DNA of 64,000 nucleotides from Escherichia coli (GTDB lineage Bacteria; Pseudomonadota; Gammaproteobacteria; Enterobacterales; Enterobacteriaceae): NCBI RefSeq assembly GCF_041886205.1, contig NZ_CP169029.1; one strand, 5' to 3'. Shown piece by piece: positions 1 to 16,068 of this stretch (position 1 is its first letter; each line of letters starts with the position of its first letter). The notes under the pieces were generated by a model. It saw only the letters and a program-made list of their open reading frames with translations, ran no database searches and was not told where the DNA came from. The position numbers and the translations under genes were made by a program.

Positions 1-553
1 TAACCAACTCGATGTTACCAATCGCCAGTGCTGCACTTAACGCTTCGCCAGAACTGTCGATGATGCAGCGGATCCCTTGGTTTTGCGCAGCGGAAATCAG
101 TTGGGTTAATTTTTCCAGCTTCACACCTGGCGGCAGGCTTCCGCTTATGACCAGGATGGCCCCGGATTCAATTTCCAGAACTTGCTCTTCAAGCTGGCGA
201 AACTCATCTTCATTTAATGCCGCGCCTGGCATAACAAAACGATACTGCTCACCGCTTGCTTCCACATGTACGTGTAAATTCTGCCGGGTCCAGTCTTTGG
301 CTTCTACAGTAGCGACGGGGACATTTTCATCCGCCAACAGAGAAACCAGGTGTTCGCCGGTCGCGCCACCCGCCGGGAAGATCGCTGTGGCACTGCCTCC
401 AAGATGGGCAATGGCGCGGGCGACGTTGATGCCGCCGCCCCCGGGTTCGAACACCGGTGCGGTACAGCGCAGTTTTCCTTCGGGATAAATTTGCGGGGTA
501 ATTGTTGCGCTATCGAGAGAGGGCGCAAGTGTCAACGTATAGATACGTACCAT
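1..553 (-). CDS. pfkB: 6-phosphofructokinase II (PfkB), 5' part only; 3' end lies beyond window start
   Basis: Reverse-strand translation from ATG (rc) at 551-553 reads MVRIYTLTLAPSLDSATITPQIYPEGKLRCTAPVFEPGGGGINVARAIA..., matching PfkB from memory; not in ORF track because it runs off the window edge. Confidence 0.9.
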   Translation of the reverse strand, partial: MVRIYTLTLAPSLDSATITPQIYPEGKLRCTAPVFEPGGGGINVARAIAHLGGSATAIFPAGGATGEHLVSLLADENVPVATVEAKDWTRQNLHVHVEASGEQYRFVMPGAALNEDEFRQLEEQVLEIESGAILVISGSLPPGVKLEKLTQLISAAQNQGIRCIIDSSGEALSAALAIGNIELV

Positions 554-839
554 CATTTCCTCCTATAGGCTGATTTCAGTCTGGCACCGAATCAGCGGAA
601 AGTGAAGAAATTAACAATATGATTTATTGGAGCTTTATTTAAAATTTTGCAGATAAATATATATAAATAAAAATCTGTTTTCGCCACATGCTTATTCAAA
701 AAATGAAATAAGAATACATTGCTAAGTTATTCGCGCCTTTTTATAATTCGTTACCTTTCCAGGGACGCTAATCTTTGATCCTTAAGAAAGTTTCCGGGAC
801 CGCGATGGTCTCTTTTTTTGTTGTACGGACTCTTGATAA

Positions 840-1598
840 ATGAAGCTTTTGAAGACAGTTCCTGCCATCGTTATGTTGGCGGGGGGCATGTTTGCGTCAC
901 TGAATGCAGCTGCCGATGATTCCGTTTTTACTGTCATGGATGATCCTGCCAGCGCTAAAAAACCTTTCGAAGGTAATCTGAACGCAGGATATCTTGCACA
1001 ATCAGGCAATACGAAAAGCTCCTCACTTACGGCTGACACCACCATGACCTGGTATGGACACACCACTGCCTGGTCGCTGTGGGGGAACGCCAGTAATACT
1101 TCTTCTAATGATGAGCGTTCTTCAGAAAAATATGCGGCGGGCGGGCGTAGCCGTTTTAATTTAACTGATTATGACTATTTATTTGGTCAGGCAAGCTGGC
1201 TGACAGACCGTTATAACGGCTATCGAGAGCGCGATGTGTTGACCGCGGGTTATGGTCGTCAGTTTTTGAATGGCCCGGTACACAGTTTCCGCTTTGAATT
1301 CGGTCCAGGTGTGCGTTACGACAAATATACCGACAATGCCAGTGAAACCCAGCCGCTGGGCTATGCCTCCGGGGCTTATGCATGGCAGTTGACTGACAAC
1401 GCTAAATTTACGCAGGGTGTTTCGGTCTTTGGCGCGGAAGACACAACGCTGAACTCCGAAAGCGCATTAAATGTTGCTATTAATGAACATTTTGGACTGA
1501 AGGTGGCTTACAACGTCACATGGAACTCTGAACCTCCAGAGTCTGCACCGGAACATACCGACCGTCGGACAACCTTATCGCTGGGCTACAGCATGTAA
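840..1598 (+). CDS. ydiY: DUF481-family putative outer membrane protein YdiY
   Basis: 252-aa ORF with signal peptide (MKLLKTVPAIVMLAGGMFASLNAAA); position divergent from pfkB as in K-12. Confidence 0.85.
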   Translation: MKLLKTVPAIVMLAGGMFASLNAAADDSVFTVMDDPASAKKPFEGNLNAGYLAQSGNTKSSSLTADTTMTWYGHTTAWSLWGNASNTSSNDERSSEKYAAGGRSRFNLTDYDYLFGQASWLTDRYNGYRERDVLTAGYGRQFLNGPVHSFRFEFGPGVRYDKYTDNASETQPLGYASGAYAWQLTDNAKFTQGVSVFGAEDTTLNSESALNVAINEHFGLKVAYNVTWNSEPPESAPEHTDRRTTLSLGYSM

Positions 1599-1605
1599 AA
1601 TTATC

Positions 1606-1640
1606 TGCCGGACCGTGTTATGCGGTCTGGCTGTCTTCGT
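1606..1640 (+). terminator. Imperfect hairpin followed by T-rich tract downstream of ydiY
   Basis: gccggaccg-tgttat-gcggtctgg then ctgtcttcgttt; one stem mismatch. Confidence 0.4.
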
Positions 1641-1650
1641 TTGTCACTGC

Positions 1651-1758
1651 TCAGCCCCAAATCATTGCTGCCCAACGTAGCAACAACATAGCGCCACAGA
1701 TTGCCAGTAGCACCACCACCATCTTCCAGTGTTTTTTATCAAAGCGTTTAGTCGGCAT
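1651..1758 (-). CDS. yniD: Small membrane protein YniD (35 aa)
   Basis: C-terminal 35 codons of ORF 1651..1869 read MPTKRFDKKHWKMVVVLLAICGAMLLLRWAAMIWG, recognised as YniD; single hydrophobic helix. Confidence 0.6.
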   Translation of the reverse strand: MPTKRFDKKHWKMVVVLLAICGAMLLLRWAAMIWG

Positions 1759-3739
1759 ACCAGTGTCCTGCATATCTCTTGTGCGTGATAACGGAGTGTA
1801 ACAAAAGGGACAGGCATCAAGGGATTTTTTGTTATTACAGCCGTCGGGTGGCGTTGTACACCTGATCACTGTTTCTGCGTTTTATGAAAAAATAAAATTA
1901 TGTATCGATATATAAATATCGTAAATAGCTGGTTATAAATACGTCTTTAGTTCATCAGCACTAAAACTCAGGCTTTGGCTGATTGCATTAATAGCAGCAT
2001 AATATGTTTCTACAGTTTTATAATGCTTATGATGAATGGCTATATGAACAGCTGACATGTTGTCATGATTTTTAGCGGCCAATAGTGTAAATAACTGATG
2101 TTGACTAAAAGAATGTTTTTTGCAAAAGCACCCAGCGTCGATATATAAGATAACACGACGTCTTCATTACCCTTGCTCATGGCGATGTATAATGCAGGGG
2201 TTCCCTGTGCTGTAGCTCCTTTTAATAAATCCATGATGTTAGCTTTGCTCAACTTGTATTTAAAGGCGATGCCATTAATTTTAGAGAGGAACCGTGTGAC
2301 ACACAAAGGGTGATTATTTTCCATTGCGGCGTATAATCCTGGCTCACCATCATGTATTTTCATGGCTAAAATACTCATCACCAGTTTTTTGTTTAAAAGC
2401 TCTTGTGCTATTGGAGTGGTTAATGCATTCAGAAAGATATCGATTATTTCATCGAATCCATACAACATGGAGATATAAAGTCCAGGTGTTTCGTTAGCAC
2501 TTTTAGTTTGCAGTAATTTAACCAGATTATCTTCATGAATGATGTGATTATCTACCAGTGACTGAATTTCTTGCATAAATATTTTCACGTTGTCAGTATG
2601 TCCGTTCATCATAGCCAAAAATAAAGCAGGTGTACCAACGCTATTCTGCGCAGTTATTATTTCAATGATTTCTTTTTCAGGGAGTATGGGCAACTGTTTG
2701 AATAATGTAATAAGCTGTTGAGTCTGGCCTGTAGCCATTATTAACAACATTGCCGATGGATGTATAGGGGCAAATGGCATTCGTGATGCAATACCCGCGA
2801 AAATAGCCCCTGGAACTCCCACAGGTAATAGGGGCAGAATAGCAATTGCACAGTTGCGAACATATCTATCAGCCCAGGTCTGAGCATCGGGACCTGAACT
2901 GATGAACTTATCAAGCGAGAGAAAGCCCCGTGCTGTCCTGTGGGTGTCTCTGACGGCAACGTTGGTATCGTTCGGGTCGTAAACGGACACAACATAATTT
3001 AATTGTCCATACACTGACTGCTTTATTCGTAGCCTTACTGACAAAGTATGATTGTCTATATATAAAATCGCGGACATATGACTGACATTGTTTGCCATCA
3101 TTCGACAAAAGAAAATATCTAAAGCGAAGCCAAAATCCTTACTCGCGATAACGCGACTCCCTGCAGGAGGATGGCGAAGTAATGCTCTGAACTCCGCGTC
3201 CCGGACTAAGGGGACATGCTGCTGTATGGATTCAACGGAGGAGTAATGTTTAATCAGGTTGACTTTGCCTTTTCCATTTCTCAATGAATCAAGGGCGTAT
3301 TGCAATGACAGATGGCGACAAAAAATAGCGTCAGAAGGAGATTGCAAAAAACATGCACTACCATTGAGATTTACTGTTGGGTGTATGGTTTTTTCTCTAT
3401 GGATTTTTTTAGACAGTTTCATACAATGGTTACGATCTTCAGCAGTTAACTGTTCCTGTTCAATATAATCCAGTATGCTTCGCAAATGGTTAGCTTTAAT
3501 AGGCGTGGTTTCCAGTAATAAGGAAATGATTTCTTTTTTATAGTGTAATGTAATGAGTATATTTTCTGCATGGATGGGTGAAGTGGCAAAGTTAATGGTA
3601 AAAAGGGCAGTGGAATAACAATTTTGTGATATTTTTCGACAGTTTGCGGTAAATTCCTGAGTAACACAGTATGACAGCATCGAACTTAAGTCAGAGGTAT
3701 CAAGTAGGGTGATGAGCTGGCGCGCAAATTTATTAATAG

Positions 3740-3748
3740 GCTCTGATG
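3740..3748. repeat. 9-bp target site duplication GCTCTGATG (left copy) of IS1 copy A
   Basis: Identical 9-mer gctctgatg at 3740-3748 and 4517-4525, immediately abutting both IS1 ends. Confidence 0.9.
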
Positions 3749-3763
3749 GGTAATGACTCCAAC

Positions 3764-4267
3764 TTATTGATAGTGTTTTATGTTCAGATAATGCCCGATG
3801 ACTTTGTCATGCAGCTCCACCGATTTTGAGAACGACAGCGACTTCCGTCCCAGCCGTGCCAGGTGCTGTCTCAGATTCAGGTTATGCCGCTCAATTCGCT
3901 GCGTATATCGCTTGCTGATTACGTGCAGCTTTCCCTTCAGGCGGGATTCATACAGCGGCCAGCCATCCGTCATCCATATCACCACGTCAAAGGGTGACAG
4001 CAGGCTCATAAGACGCCCCAGCGTCGCCATAGTGCGTTCACCGAATACGTGCGCAACAACCGTCTTCCGGAGCCTGTCATACGCGTAAAACAGCCAGCGC
4101 TGGCGCGATTTAGCCCCGACATAGCCCCACTGTTCGTCCATTTCCGCGCAGACGATGACGTCACTGCCCGGCTGTATGCGCGAGGTTACCGACTGCGGCC
4201 TGAGTTTTTTAAATGGCGGAAAATCGTGTTGAGGCCAACGCCCATAATGCGGGCGGTTGCCCGGCAT
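3764..4267 (-). CDS. insB: IS1 InsB frame (167 aa; expressed as InsAB' fusion by -1 frameshift)
   Basis: ORF translation [58 protein letters not shown]... matches IS1 InsB. Confidence 0.95.
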   Translation of the reverse strand: MPGNRPHYGRWPQHDFPPFKKLRPQSVTSRIQPGSDVIVCAEMDEQWGYVGAKSRQRWLFYAYDRLRKTVVAHVFGERTMATLGRLMSLLSPFDVVIWMTDGWPLYESRLKGKLHVISKRYTQRIERHNLNLRQHLARLGRKSLSFSKSVELHDKVIGHYLNIKHYQ

Positions 4268-4461
4268 CCAACGCCATTCATGGCCATATCAATGATTTTC
4301 TGGTGCGTACCGGGTTGAGAAGCGGTGTAAGTGAACTGCAGTTGCCATGTTTTACGGCAGTGAGAGCAGAGATAGCGCTGATGTCCGGCGGTGCTTTTGC
4401 CGTTACGCACCACCCCGTCAGTAGCTGAACAGGAGGGACAGCTGATAGAAACAGAAGCCAC
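4186..4461 (-). CDS. insA: IS1 InsA (91 aa)
   Basis: ORF translation [40 protein letters not shown]... matches IS1 InsA. Confidence 0.95.
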   Translation of the reverse strand: MASVSISCPSCSATDGVVRNGKSTAGHQRYLCSHCRKTWQLQFTYTASQPGTHQKIIDMAMNGVGCRATARIMGVGLNTIFRHLKNSGRSR

Positions 4462-4516
4462 TGGAGCACCTCAAAAACACCATCATACACTAAATCAGTA
4501 AGTTGGCAGCATCACC

Positions 4517-4525
4517 GCTCTGATG
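4517..4525. repeat. 9-bp target site duplication GCTCTGATG (right copy) of IS1 copy A
   Basis: See left copy. Confidence 0.9.
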
Positions 4526-4999
4526 AAGGTGTTGGTATGTCGCTATCGATGTGCAATCTATGAGGAGACTTATAATGAGTTCTGATAATGATATCGTTTT
4601 GACTCATAATCTATTCGCCTTATATATATCTGGAGGTTTTGAGGATGATGATTAATTATTATCGCCAGAACGAAATGTGCACGAAAAATTGTTATAAGAA
4701 TTGTGTCACTTTTATCATTGTGATATGACCACTTCGTCATTAATCTCATGAGCGTTTAAAATACTACCGCCAAATCACGCAACGAACTTTGCTGGATTCA
4801 GTTTATGCTGCTGTAAATCCGCTCGCAGTAAACCTTTCAGACGCACCGTGATGTTATCAGTGGTTCTTTAAGCGTTTTGCTGGTGTACTCACTACAAACG
4901 AATTGCGAATCGAATCAATGTGAAACGGAAAGGTACAATCTCCCTTTTTTTAGTGTTAACATCGCTCAACCGGGTGGAAGGTGAGAGGTTAATGTCTTT

Positions 5000-5130
5000 C
5001 ATTTGTGTACCTGATTGCGAACCAATTTAGCATTTGTTGGCTAGATGGTTTCGCAATGAACTGTTAATAAACAAATTTTTCTTTGTATGTGATCTTTCGT
5101 GTGGGTCACCACTGCAAATAAGGATATAAA
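5000..5130 (+). promoter_or_regulatory. thrS leader containing the autoregulatory operator (approximate placement)
   Basis: Established knowledge: the E. coli thrS leader carries a tRNA-Thr anticodon-arm mimic bound by ThrRS; position assigned only relative to the start codon at 5131, no motif verified. Confidence 0.4.
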
Positions 5131-7059
5131 ATGCCTGTTATAACTCTTCCTGATGGCAGCCAACGCCATTACGACCACGCTGTAAGCCCCATGGATGTTG
5201 CGCTGGACATTGGTCCAGGTCTGGCGAAAGCCTGTATCGCAGGGCGCGTTAATGGCGAACTGGTTGATGCTTGCGATCTGATTGAAAACGACGCACAACT
5301 GTCCATCATTACCGCCAAAGACGAAGACGGTCTGGAGATCATTCGTCACTCCTGTGCGCACCTGTTAGGGCACGCGATTAAACAACTTTGGCCGCATACC
5401 AAAATGGCAATCGGCCCGGTTATTGACAACGGTTTTTATTACGACGTTGATCTTGACCGCACGTTAACCCAGGAAGATGTCGAAGCACTCGAGAAGCGGA
5501 TGCATGAGCTTGCTGAGAAAAACTACGACGTCATTAAGAAGAAAGTCAGCTGGCACGAAGCGCGTGAAACTTTCGCCAACCGTGGGGAGAGCTACAAAGT
5601 CTCCATTCTTGACGAAAACATCGCCCATGATGACAAGCCAGGTCTGTACTTCCATGAAGAATATGTCGATATGTGCCGCGGTCCGCACGTACCGAACATG
5701 CGTTTCTGCCATCATTTCAAACTAATGAAAACGGCAGGGGCTTACTGGCGTGGCGACAGCAACAACAAAATGTTGCAACGTATTTACGGTACGGCGTGGG
5801 CAGACAAAAAAGCACTTAACGCTTACCTGCAGCGCCTGGAAGAAGCCGCGAAACGCGACCACCGTAAAATCGGTAAACAGCTCGACCTGTACCATATGCA
5901 GGAAGAAGCGCCGGGTATGGTATTCTGGCACAACGACGGCTGGACCATCTTCCGTGAACTGGAAGTGTTTGTTCGTTCTAAACTGAAAGAGTACCAGTAT
6001 CAGGAAGTTAAAGGTCCGTTCATGATGGACCGTGTCCTGTGGGAAAAAACCGGTCACTGGGACAACTACAAAGATGCAATGTTCACCACGTCTTCTGAGA
6101 ACCGTGAATACTGCATTAAGCCGATGAACTGCCCGGGTCACGTACAAATTTTCAACCAGGGGCTGAAGTCTTATCGCGATCTGCCGCTGCGTATGGCCGA
6201 GTTTGGTAGCTGCCACCGTAACGAGCCGTCAGGTTCGCTGCATGGCCTGATGCGCGTGCGTGGATTTACCCAGGATGACGCGCATATCTTCTGTACTGAA
6301 GAGCAAATTCGCGATGAAGTTAACGGATGTATCCGTTTAGTCTATGATATGTACAGCACTTTTGGCTTCGAGAAGATCGTCGTCAAACTCTCCACTCGTC
6401 CTGAAAAACGTATTGGCAGCGACGAAATGTGGGATCGTGCTGAGGCGGACCTGGCGGTTGCGCTGGAAGAAAACAACATCCCGTTTGAATATCAACTGGG
6501 TGAAGGCGCTTTCTACGGTCCGAAAATTGAATTTACCCTGTATGACTGCCTCGATCGTGCATGGCAGTGCGGTACAGTACAGCTGGACTTCTCCTTGCCG
6601 TCTCGTCTGAGCGCCTCCTATGTGGGCGAAGACAACGAGCGTAAGGTACCGGTAATGATTCACCGCGCAATTCTGGGGTCGATGGAACGTTTCATCGGTA
6701 TCCTGACCGAAGAATTCGCTGGTTTCTTCCCGACCTGGCTTGCGCCGGTTCAGGTTGTTATCATGAATATTACCGATTCACAGTCTGATTACGTTAACGA
6801 ATTGACGCAAAAACTATCAAATGCGGGCATTCGTGTTAAAGCAGACTTGAGAAATGAGAAGATTGGCTTTAAAATCCGCGAGCACACTTTGCGTCGCGTC
6901 CCATATATGCTGGTCTGTGGTGATAAAGAGGTGGAATCTGGCAAAGTTGCCGTTCGCACCCGCCGTGGTAAAGACCTGGGAAGCATGGACGTAAATGAAG
7001 TGATCGAGAAGCTGCAACAAGAGATTCGCAGCCGCAGTCTTAAACAATTGGAGGAATAA
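5131..7059 (+). CDS. thrS: Threonyl-tRNA synthetase
   Basis: 642-aa [33 protein letters not shown]..., class II aaRS motifs; full-length match to ThrS. Confidence 0.97.
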   Translation: MPVITLPDGSQRHYDHAVSPMDVALDIGPGLAKACIAGRVNGELVDACDLIENDAQLSIITAKDEDGLEIIRHSCAHLLGHAIKQLWPHTKMAIGPVIDNGFYYDVDLDRTLTQEDVEALEKRMHELAEKNYDVIKKKVSWHEARETFANRGESYKVSILDENIAHDDKPGLYFHEEYVDMCRGPHVPNMRFCHHFKLMKTAGAYWRGDSNNKMLQRIYGTAWADKKALNAYLQRLEEAAKRDHRKIGKQLDLYHMQEEAPGMVFWHNDGWTIFRELEVFVRSKLKEYQYQEVKGPFMMDRVLWEKTGHWDNYKDAMFTTSSENREYCIKPMNCPGHVQIFNQGLKSYRDLPLRMAEFGSCHRNEPSGSLHGLMRVRGFTQDDAHIFCTEEQIRDEVNGCIRLVYDMYSTFGFEKIVVKLSTRPEKRIGSDEMWDRAEADLAVALEENNIPFEYQLGEGAFYGPKIEFTLYDCLDRAWQCGTVQLDFSLPSRLSASYVGEDNERKVPVMIHRAILGSMERFIGILTEEFAGFFPTWLAPVQVVIMNITDSQSDYVNELTQKLSNAGIRVKADLRNEKIGFKIREHTLRRVPYMLVCGDKEVESGKVAVRTRRGKDLGSMDVNEVIEKLQQEIRSRSLKQLEE

Positions 7060-7605
<546 letters not shown>

Positions 7606-7677
7606 GGCCTTCAAGTAGCACTGTCTGTGGAGCCTTCGGGCTTCACAGGCTTTGTTCGCCTTTGTTTCGTTTATTAA

Positions 7678-7899
<222 letters not shown>

Positions 7900-7924
7900 G
7901 CCGTTAACGTTTTTAACTTTTTAA

Positions 7925-8308
<384 letters not shown>

Positions 8309-8315
8309 GCCAGTT

Positions 8316-8345
8316 GAAAGAGGGAGCTAGTCTCCCTCTTTTCGT
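8316..8345 (+). terminator. Rho-independent terminator after rplT
   Basis: agagggag-ctagt-ctccctct followed by tttcg. Confidence 0.7.
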
Positions 8346-8430
8346 TTCAACGCCATCAAAACATTGACTTTTATCGCCGTAGCCTTTTCAATAAAGGTCT
8401 TTTGAAGAGTACCAAAAGGTAACGCAAGCA

Positions 8431-8475
8431 ATGAATGCTGCTATTTTCCGCTTCTTTTTTTACTTTAGCACCTGA
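8431..8475 (+). CDS. pheM: pheST operon leader peptide (14 aa, 5 Phe)
   Basis: atg aat gct gct att ttc cgc ttc ttt ttt tac ttt agc acc tga = [14 protein letters not shown]; classic Phe-rich attenuation leader. Confidence 0.85.
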
Positions 8476-8520
8476 ATCCAGGAGGCTAGCGCGTGAGAAG
8501 AGAAACGGAAAACAGCGCCT

Positions 8521-8546
8521 GAAAGCCTCCCAGTGGAGGCTTTTTT
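8521..8546 (+). terminator. pheST attenuator terminator hairpin
   Basis: aagcctcc-cagt-ggaggctt followed by a run of 7 T, directly downstream of pheM. Confidence 0.65.
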
Positions 8547-8715
8547 TGTATGCGCGTTTTGAAAAATAAAAAGCCAGTCTATCAGGCGTAATTGTCGCAG
8601 CCAGTCTGGACACGGCCAGTGCGGAGAAACCGGAGCGTACTTAAGTACGTGAGGATTTCGAGCACTGCCCGGGACCAAAATGGCAAGTAAAATAGCCTGA
8701 TGGGATAGGCTCTAA

Positions 8716-9741
<1,026 letters not shown>

Positions 9742-9752
9742 GGCAGGAATAG

Positions 9753-12143
<2,391 letters not shown>

Positions 12144-12147
12144 ACCT

Positions 12148-12447
12148 ATGGCGCTTACAAAAGCTGAAATGTCAGAATATCTGTTTGATAAGCTTGGGCT
12201 TAGCAAGCGGGATGCCAAAGAACTGGTTGAACTGTTTTTCGAAGAGATCCGTCGCGCTCTGGAAAACGGCGAACAGGTGAAACTCTCTGGTTTTGGTAAC
12301 TTCGATCTGCGTGATAAGAATCAACGCCCGGGACGTAACCCGAAAACGGGCGAGGATATTCCCATTACAGCACGGCGCGTGGTGACCTTCAGACCCGGGC
12401 AGAAGTTAAAAAGCCGGGTCGAAAACGCTTCGCCCAAAGACGAGTAA
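12148..12447 (+). CDS. ihfA: Integration host factor alpha subunit
   Basis: 99-aa [91 protein letters not shown]... Confidence 0.95.
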
Positions 12448-12458
12448 TCTGATCTAAC

Positions 12459-12490
12459 TAAAAAGGCCGCTCTGCGGCCTTTTTTCTTTT
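12459..12490 (+). terminator. Rho-independent terminator after ihfA
   Basis: aggccgc-tctg-cggcct followed by tttttctttt. Confidence 0.7.
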
Positions 12491-12547
12491 CACTGTCGAA
12501 GAGTCACCGTAAAATCAACGCCATGACACTTCAGCAGAACGGATACC

Positions 12548-13528
12548 ATGCTGACACTTGCCCGCCAACAACAGCGACAAAATATTCGCTGGTTATTATG
12601 CCTGTCAGTTTTGATGCTGCTGGCGCTTCTCTTAAGCCTTTGCGCCGGTGAACAATGGATTTCGCCAGGTGACTGGTTTTCTCCTCGTGGCGAACTGTTC
12701 GTCTGGCAAATTCGCCTGCCACGTACGCTGGCTGTATTGCTGGTTGGTGCGGCGCTGGCTATATCCGGCGCTGTAATGCAGGCGTTGTTTGAAAATCCTC
12801 TGGCAGAACCTGGACTACTTGGCGTCTCTAACGGCGCAGGCGTGGGGCTTATCGCCGCGGTATTGCTTGGGCAAGGGCAACTCCCCAACTGGGCGCTAGG
12901 GCTGTGTGCGATTGCTGGCGCGCTTATCATCACTTTAATACTCTTACGTTTCGCCCGTCGTCATCTTTCGACCAGTCGGTTATTGCTGGCTGGCGTTGCA
13001 TTAGGGATTATCTGTAGCGCACTAATGACGTGGGCTATCTACTTTTCCACCTCTGTTGATTTACGTCAGCTGATGTACTGGATGATGGGCGGTTTTGGCG
13101 GCGTAGACTGGCGGCAAAGCTGGCTGATGCTGGCATTGATCCCCGTGTTGTTGTGGATCTGTTGTCAGTCCAGGCCGATGAATATGTTAGCACTTGGCGA
13201 GATCTCGGCGCGGCAACTGGGTTTACCCCTGTGGTTCTGGCGCAATGTGCTGGTGGCAGCGACCGGCTGGATGGTTGGCGTCAGTGTGGCGCTGGCGGGT
13301 GCTATCGGCTTTATTGGTCTGGTGATCCCACATATTCTCCGGTTGTGTGGTTTAACCGATCATCGCGCATTACTTCCCGGCTGCGCGCTGGCAGGGGCGA
13401 GCGCATTGCTGCTGGCCGATATTGTAGCGCGCCTGGCATTAGCTGCCGCAGAGCTGCCTATTGGCGTGGTCACCGCAACGTTGGGTGCGCCGGTGTTTAT
13501 CTGGTTATTGTTAAAAGCAGGACGTTAG
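12548..13528 (+). CDS. btuC: Vitamin B12 ABC transporter permease
   Basis: 326-aa polytopic membrane ORF, FecCD-type permease; conserved position. Confidence 0.92.
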   Translation: MLTLARQQQRQNIRWLLCLSVLMLLALLLSLCAGEQWISPGDWFSPRGELFVWQIRLPRTLAVLLVGAALAISGAVMQALFENPLAEPGLLGVSNGAGVGLIAAVLLGQGQLPNWALGLCAIAGALIITLILLRFARRHLSTSRLLLAGVALGIICSALMTWAIYFSTSVDLRQLMYWMMGGFGGVDWRQSWLMLALIPVLLWICCQSRPMNMLALGEISARQLGLPLWFWRNVLVAATGWMVGVSVALAGAIGFIGLVIPHILRLCGLTDHRALLPGCALAGASALLLADIVARLALAAAELPIGVVTATLGAPVFIWLLLKAGR

Positions 13529-13590
13529 CCGCAAAAAGACGGTCTATGATTAAAAGCTAAGATTTTTACTGACCACACCCAGGAGAAACG

Positions 13591-14142
13591 ATGCAAGATT
13601 CCATTCTGACGACCGTAGTGAAAGATATCGACGGTGAAGTGACCACGCTGGAGAAGTTCGCCGGTAATGTGCTGTTGATTGTCAATGTCGCCTCAAAGTG
13701 TGGCTTAACGCCGCAGTATGAGCAGTTGGAGAATATTCAGAAAGCCTGGGCCGATCGAGGTTTTGTGGTGCTGGGATTCCCGTGCAACCAGTTTCTGGAA
13801 CAAGAACCGGGCAGCGATGAAGAGATTAAAACTTACTGTACCACCACATGGGGGGTGACGTTCCCGATGTTCAGTAAGATTGAAGTTAATGGCGAAGGAC
13901 GCCATCCGCTGTATCAAAAATTGATTGCCGCAGCGCCGACCGCAGTCGCGCCGGAAGAGAGCGGATTCTATGCCCGTATGGTCAGCAAAGGTCGAGCACC
14001 GCTGTACCCTGATGATATTTTATGGAATTTTGAGAAATTTTTAGTTGGCAGGGACGGATTGGTCATCCAGCGTTTTTCCCCGGATATGACGCCGGAAGAT
14101 CCCATTGTGATGGAAAGCATTAAACTGGCGTTGGCAAAATAA
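13591..14142 (+). CDS. btuE: Glutathione peroxidase-family protein BtuE
   Basis: 183-aa ORF with the GPx motif ([16 protein letters not shown]). Confidence 0.92.
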
Positions 14143-14891
14143 TGTCTATTGTGATGCAGTTACAGGATGTTGCGGAATCTACCCGCCTGGGGCCGCTTTC
14201 TGGCGAGGTTCGGGCTGGGGAGATCCTGCACCTGGTGGGGCCGAACGGCGCGGGTAAGAGCACCTTACTGGCGCGAATGGCCGGAATGACCAGCGGTAAG
14301 GGAAGCATTCAGTTCGCGGGGCAACCACTGGAAGCATGGTCCGCAACAAAACTCGCGCTGCATCGCGCCTATCTTTCACAACAGCAGACGCCGCCGTTTG
14401 CAATGCCGGTCTGGCACTACCTGACACTGCATCAGCACGATAAAACGCGTACCGAACTACTGAATGATGTCGCAGGGGCGCTGGCTCTTGATGACAAACT
14501 CGGACGGAGCACCAATCAACTTTCCGGCGGTGAATGGCAACGCGTACGTCTTGCTGCGGTGGTGCTGCAAATCACACCACAAGCCAATCCCGCAGGCCAA
14601 TTGCTGCTTCTTGATGAGCCGATGAACAGTCTTGATGTTGCGCAACAAAGTGCGTTAGACAAAATTCTGAGCGCGCTGTGTCAGCAAGGACTGGCGATTG
14701 TGATGAGCAGTCATGATCTCAACCACACGTTGCGTCATGCGCATCGGGCGTGGTTGCTAAAAGGTGGAAAAATGCTGGCCAGTGGACGCAGAGAAGAGGT
14801 GCTCACGCCGCCAAATCTGGCGCAGGCCTATGGGATGAATTTTCGCCGTCTGGATATCGAAGGTCACAGAATGCTGATTTCGACCATCTGA
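14142..14891 (+). CDS. btuD: Vitamin B12 ABC transporter ATP-binding protein
   Basis: 249-aa ORF with Walker A (GPNGAGKST), ABC signature (LSGGEWQR) and Walker B (LLLLDEP); start overlaps btuE stop. Confidence 0.92.
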
Positions 14892-14968
14892 TTTCATCAG
14901 TATCTTGAAAATCGGGTAATTACGACGCTAAATTAATGCAAGAATAAAAAACAGAGGAACCGTACGGA

Positions 14969-15433
14969 ATGCGTTTCTGCCTTATTTTGATCACAGCACT
15001 GTTTCTGGCCGGGTGTAGCCACCATAAAGCACCGCCGCCAAATGCCAGACTTTCTGATTCGATTACCGTTATTGCCGGTTTGAACGACCAGCTACAAAGC
15101 TGGCATGGCACGCCGTATCGTTATGGTGGCATGACGCGGCGCGGTGTGGACTGTTCGGGATTTGTGGTTGTGACGATGCGCGATCGTTTCGATTTGCAGC
15201 TGCCCCGTGAAACCAAACAACAAGCCTCTATTGGCACGCAAATTGATAAAGACGAGTTGCTGCCAGGTGACCTGGTCTTTTTCAAAACGGGCTCCGGACA
15301 AAATGGTTTGCATGTAGGTATTTATGATACCAACAACCAATTTATCCACGCCTCTACCAGCAAGGGAGTGATGCGTTCCTCACTTGATAATGTCTATTGG
15401 CAGAAAAATTTCTGGCAGGCGAGACGAATCTAG
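14969..15433 (+). CDS. nlpC: NlpC/P60-family lipoprotein
   Basis: 154-aa ORF with lipobox LFLAGCS and the NlpC/P60 Cys (GVDCSGFVV). Confidence 0.85.
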   Translation: MRFCLILITALFLAGCSHHKAPPPNARLSDSITVIAGLNDQLQSWHGTPYRYGGMTRRGVDCSGFVVVTMRDRFDLQLPRETKQQASIGTQIDKDELLPGDLVFFKTGSGQNGLHVGIYDTNNQFIHASTSKGVMRSSLDNVYWQKNFWQARRI

Positions 15434-15679
15434 TATGTCGAAAAATGGACGGCGAAGATACATCGCCGTCCATTTACTCCTGAATACAGTAGTATTTTGC
15501 AGACAAAAATTCCGTAAATGGATTATTCGTTTATAATCAGGATAATCTAAAAAAAGGACCCCTGAAAAAGTGGTTAACATGGAACAAATGAAAGTTACTC
15601 CTTCTGTAATTGTTATGTCTTATGGCCTCATCCCTTTTAGCCGGATACTGAAAAACATCCTTCGAGGGGGACGGTTACC

Positions 15680-15737
15680 ATGAAGATTTTTTTGGAGAAT
15701 GTTTATCATTCTGATTGCTATTTCCTGCCGATAAGAG
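15680..15737 (+). pseudogene. ydiV: ydiV 5' remnant (first 19 codons), truncated by IS1 copy B
   Basis: atg aag att ttt ttg gag aat gtt tat cat tct gat tgc tat ttc ctg ccg ata aga = MKIFLENVYHSDCYFLPIR, matching the YdiV N-terminus, then runs directly into the IS1 terminus at 15738. Confidence 0.75.
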
Positions 15738-15792
15738 GGTGATGCTGCCAACTTACTGATTTAGTGTATGATGGTGTTTTTGAGGTGCTCCA

Positions 15793-16068
15793 GTGGCTTC
15801 TGTTTCTATCAGCTGTCCCTCCTGTTCAGCTACTGACGGGGTGGTGCGTAACGGCAAAAGCACCGCCGGACATCAGCGCTATCTCTGCTCTCACTGCCGT
15901 AAAACATGGCAACTGCAGTTCACTTACACCGCTTCTCAACCCGGTACGCACCAGAAAATCATTGATATGGCCATGAATGGCGTTGGATGCCGGGCAACCG
16001 CCCGCATTATGGGCGTTGGCCTCAACACGATTTTCCGCCATTTAAAAAACTCAGGCCGCAGTCGGTAA
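15793..16068 (+). CDS. insA: IS1 InsA
   Basis: Identical 91-aa translation to copy A InsA. Confidence 0.95.
   Translation: MASVSISCPSCSATDGVVRNGKSTAGHQRYLCSHCRKTWQLQFTYTASQPGTHQKIIDMAMNGVGCRATARIMGVGLNTIFRHLKNSGRSR

Larger units (their letters stand above)
3749..4516 (-). mobile_element. IS1 (768 bp), copy A, simple insertion with 9-bp target duplication
   Basis: Ends match IS1 termini (GGTGATGCTGCCAACTTACTGAT ... GTTGGAGTCATTACC, here reverse-complemented); contains insA and insB with the A6C frameshift site; length exactly 768 bp. Confidence 0.95.
2040..4607 (-). pseudogene. arpB: Ankyrin-repeat protein ArpB, interrupted near its 5' end by IS1; 546-codon body (2040..3680) is one open frame
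   Basis: Reading frame is open from the IS1 junction through the 546-aa ORF; joining the flanks across the duplication restores a continuous frame from an ATG at 4605-4607 ([28 protein letters not shown]|[10 protein letters not shown]...). Ankyrin-like repeats present (e.g. [34 protein letters not shown]). Confidence 0.7.

Noticed and set aside
12-488. 158-aa ORF on the + strand at the window start
   Set aside because: Antisense to pfkB, whose frame on the - strand matches PfkB from its ATG at 551-553 to the window edge.
5722-6216. 164-aa ORF on the - strand and other internal ORFs within thrS, pheS, pheT and lhr (e.g. 8869..9585, 10263..10865, 60175..60585)
   Set aside because: Shadow frames inside highly conserved housekeeping genes.
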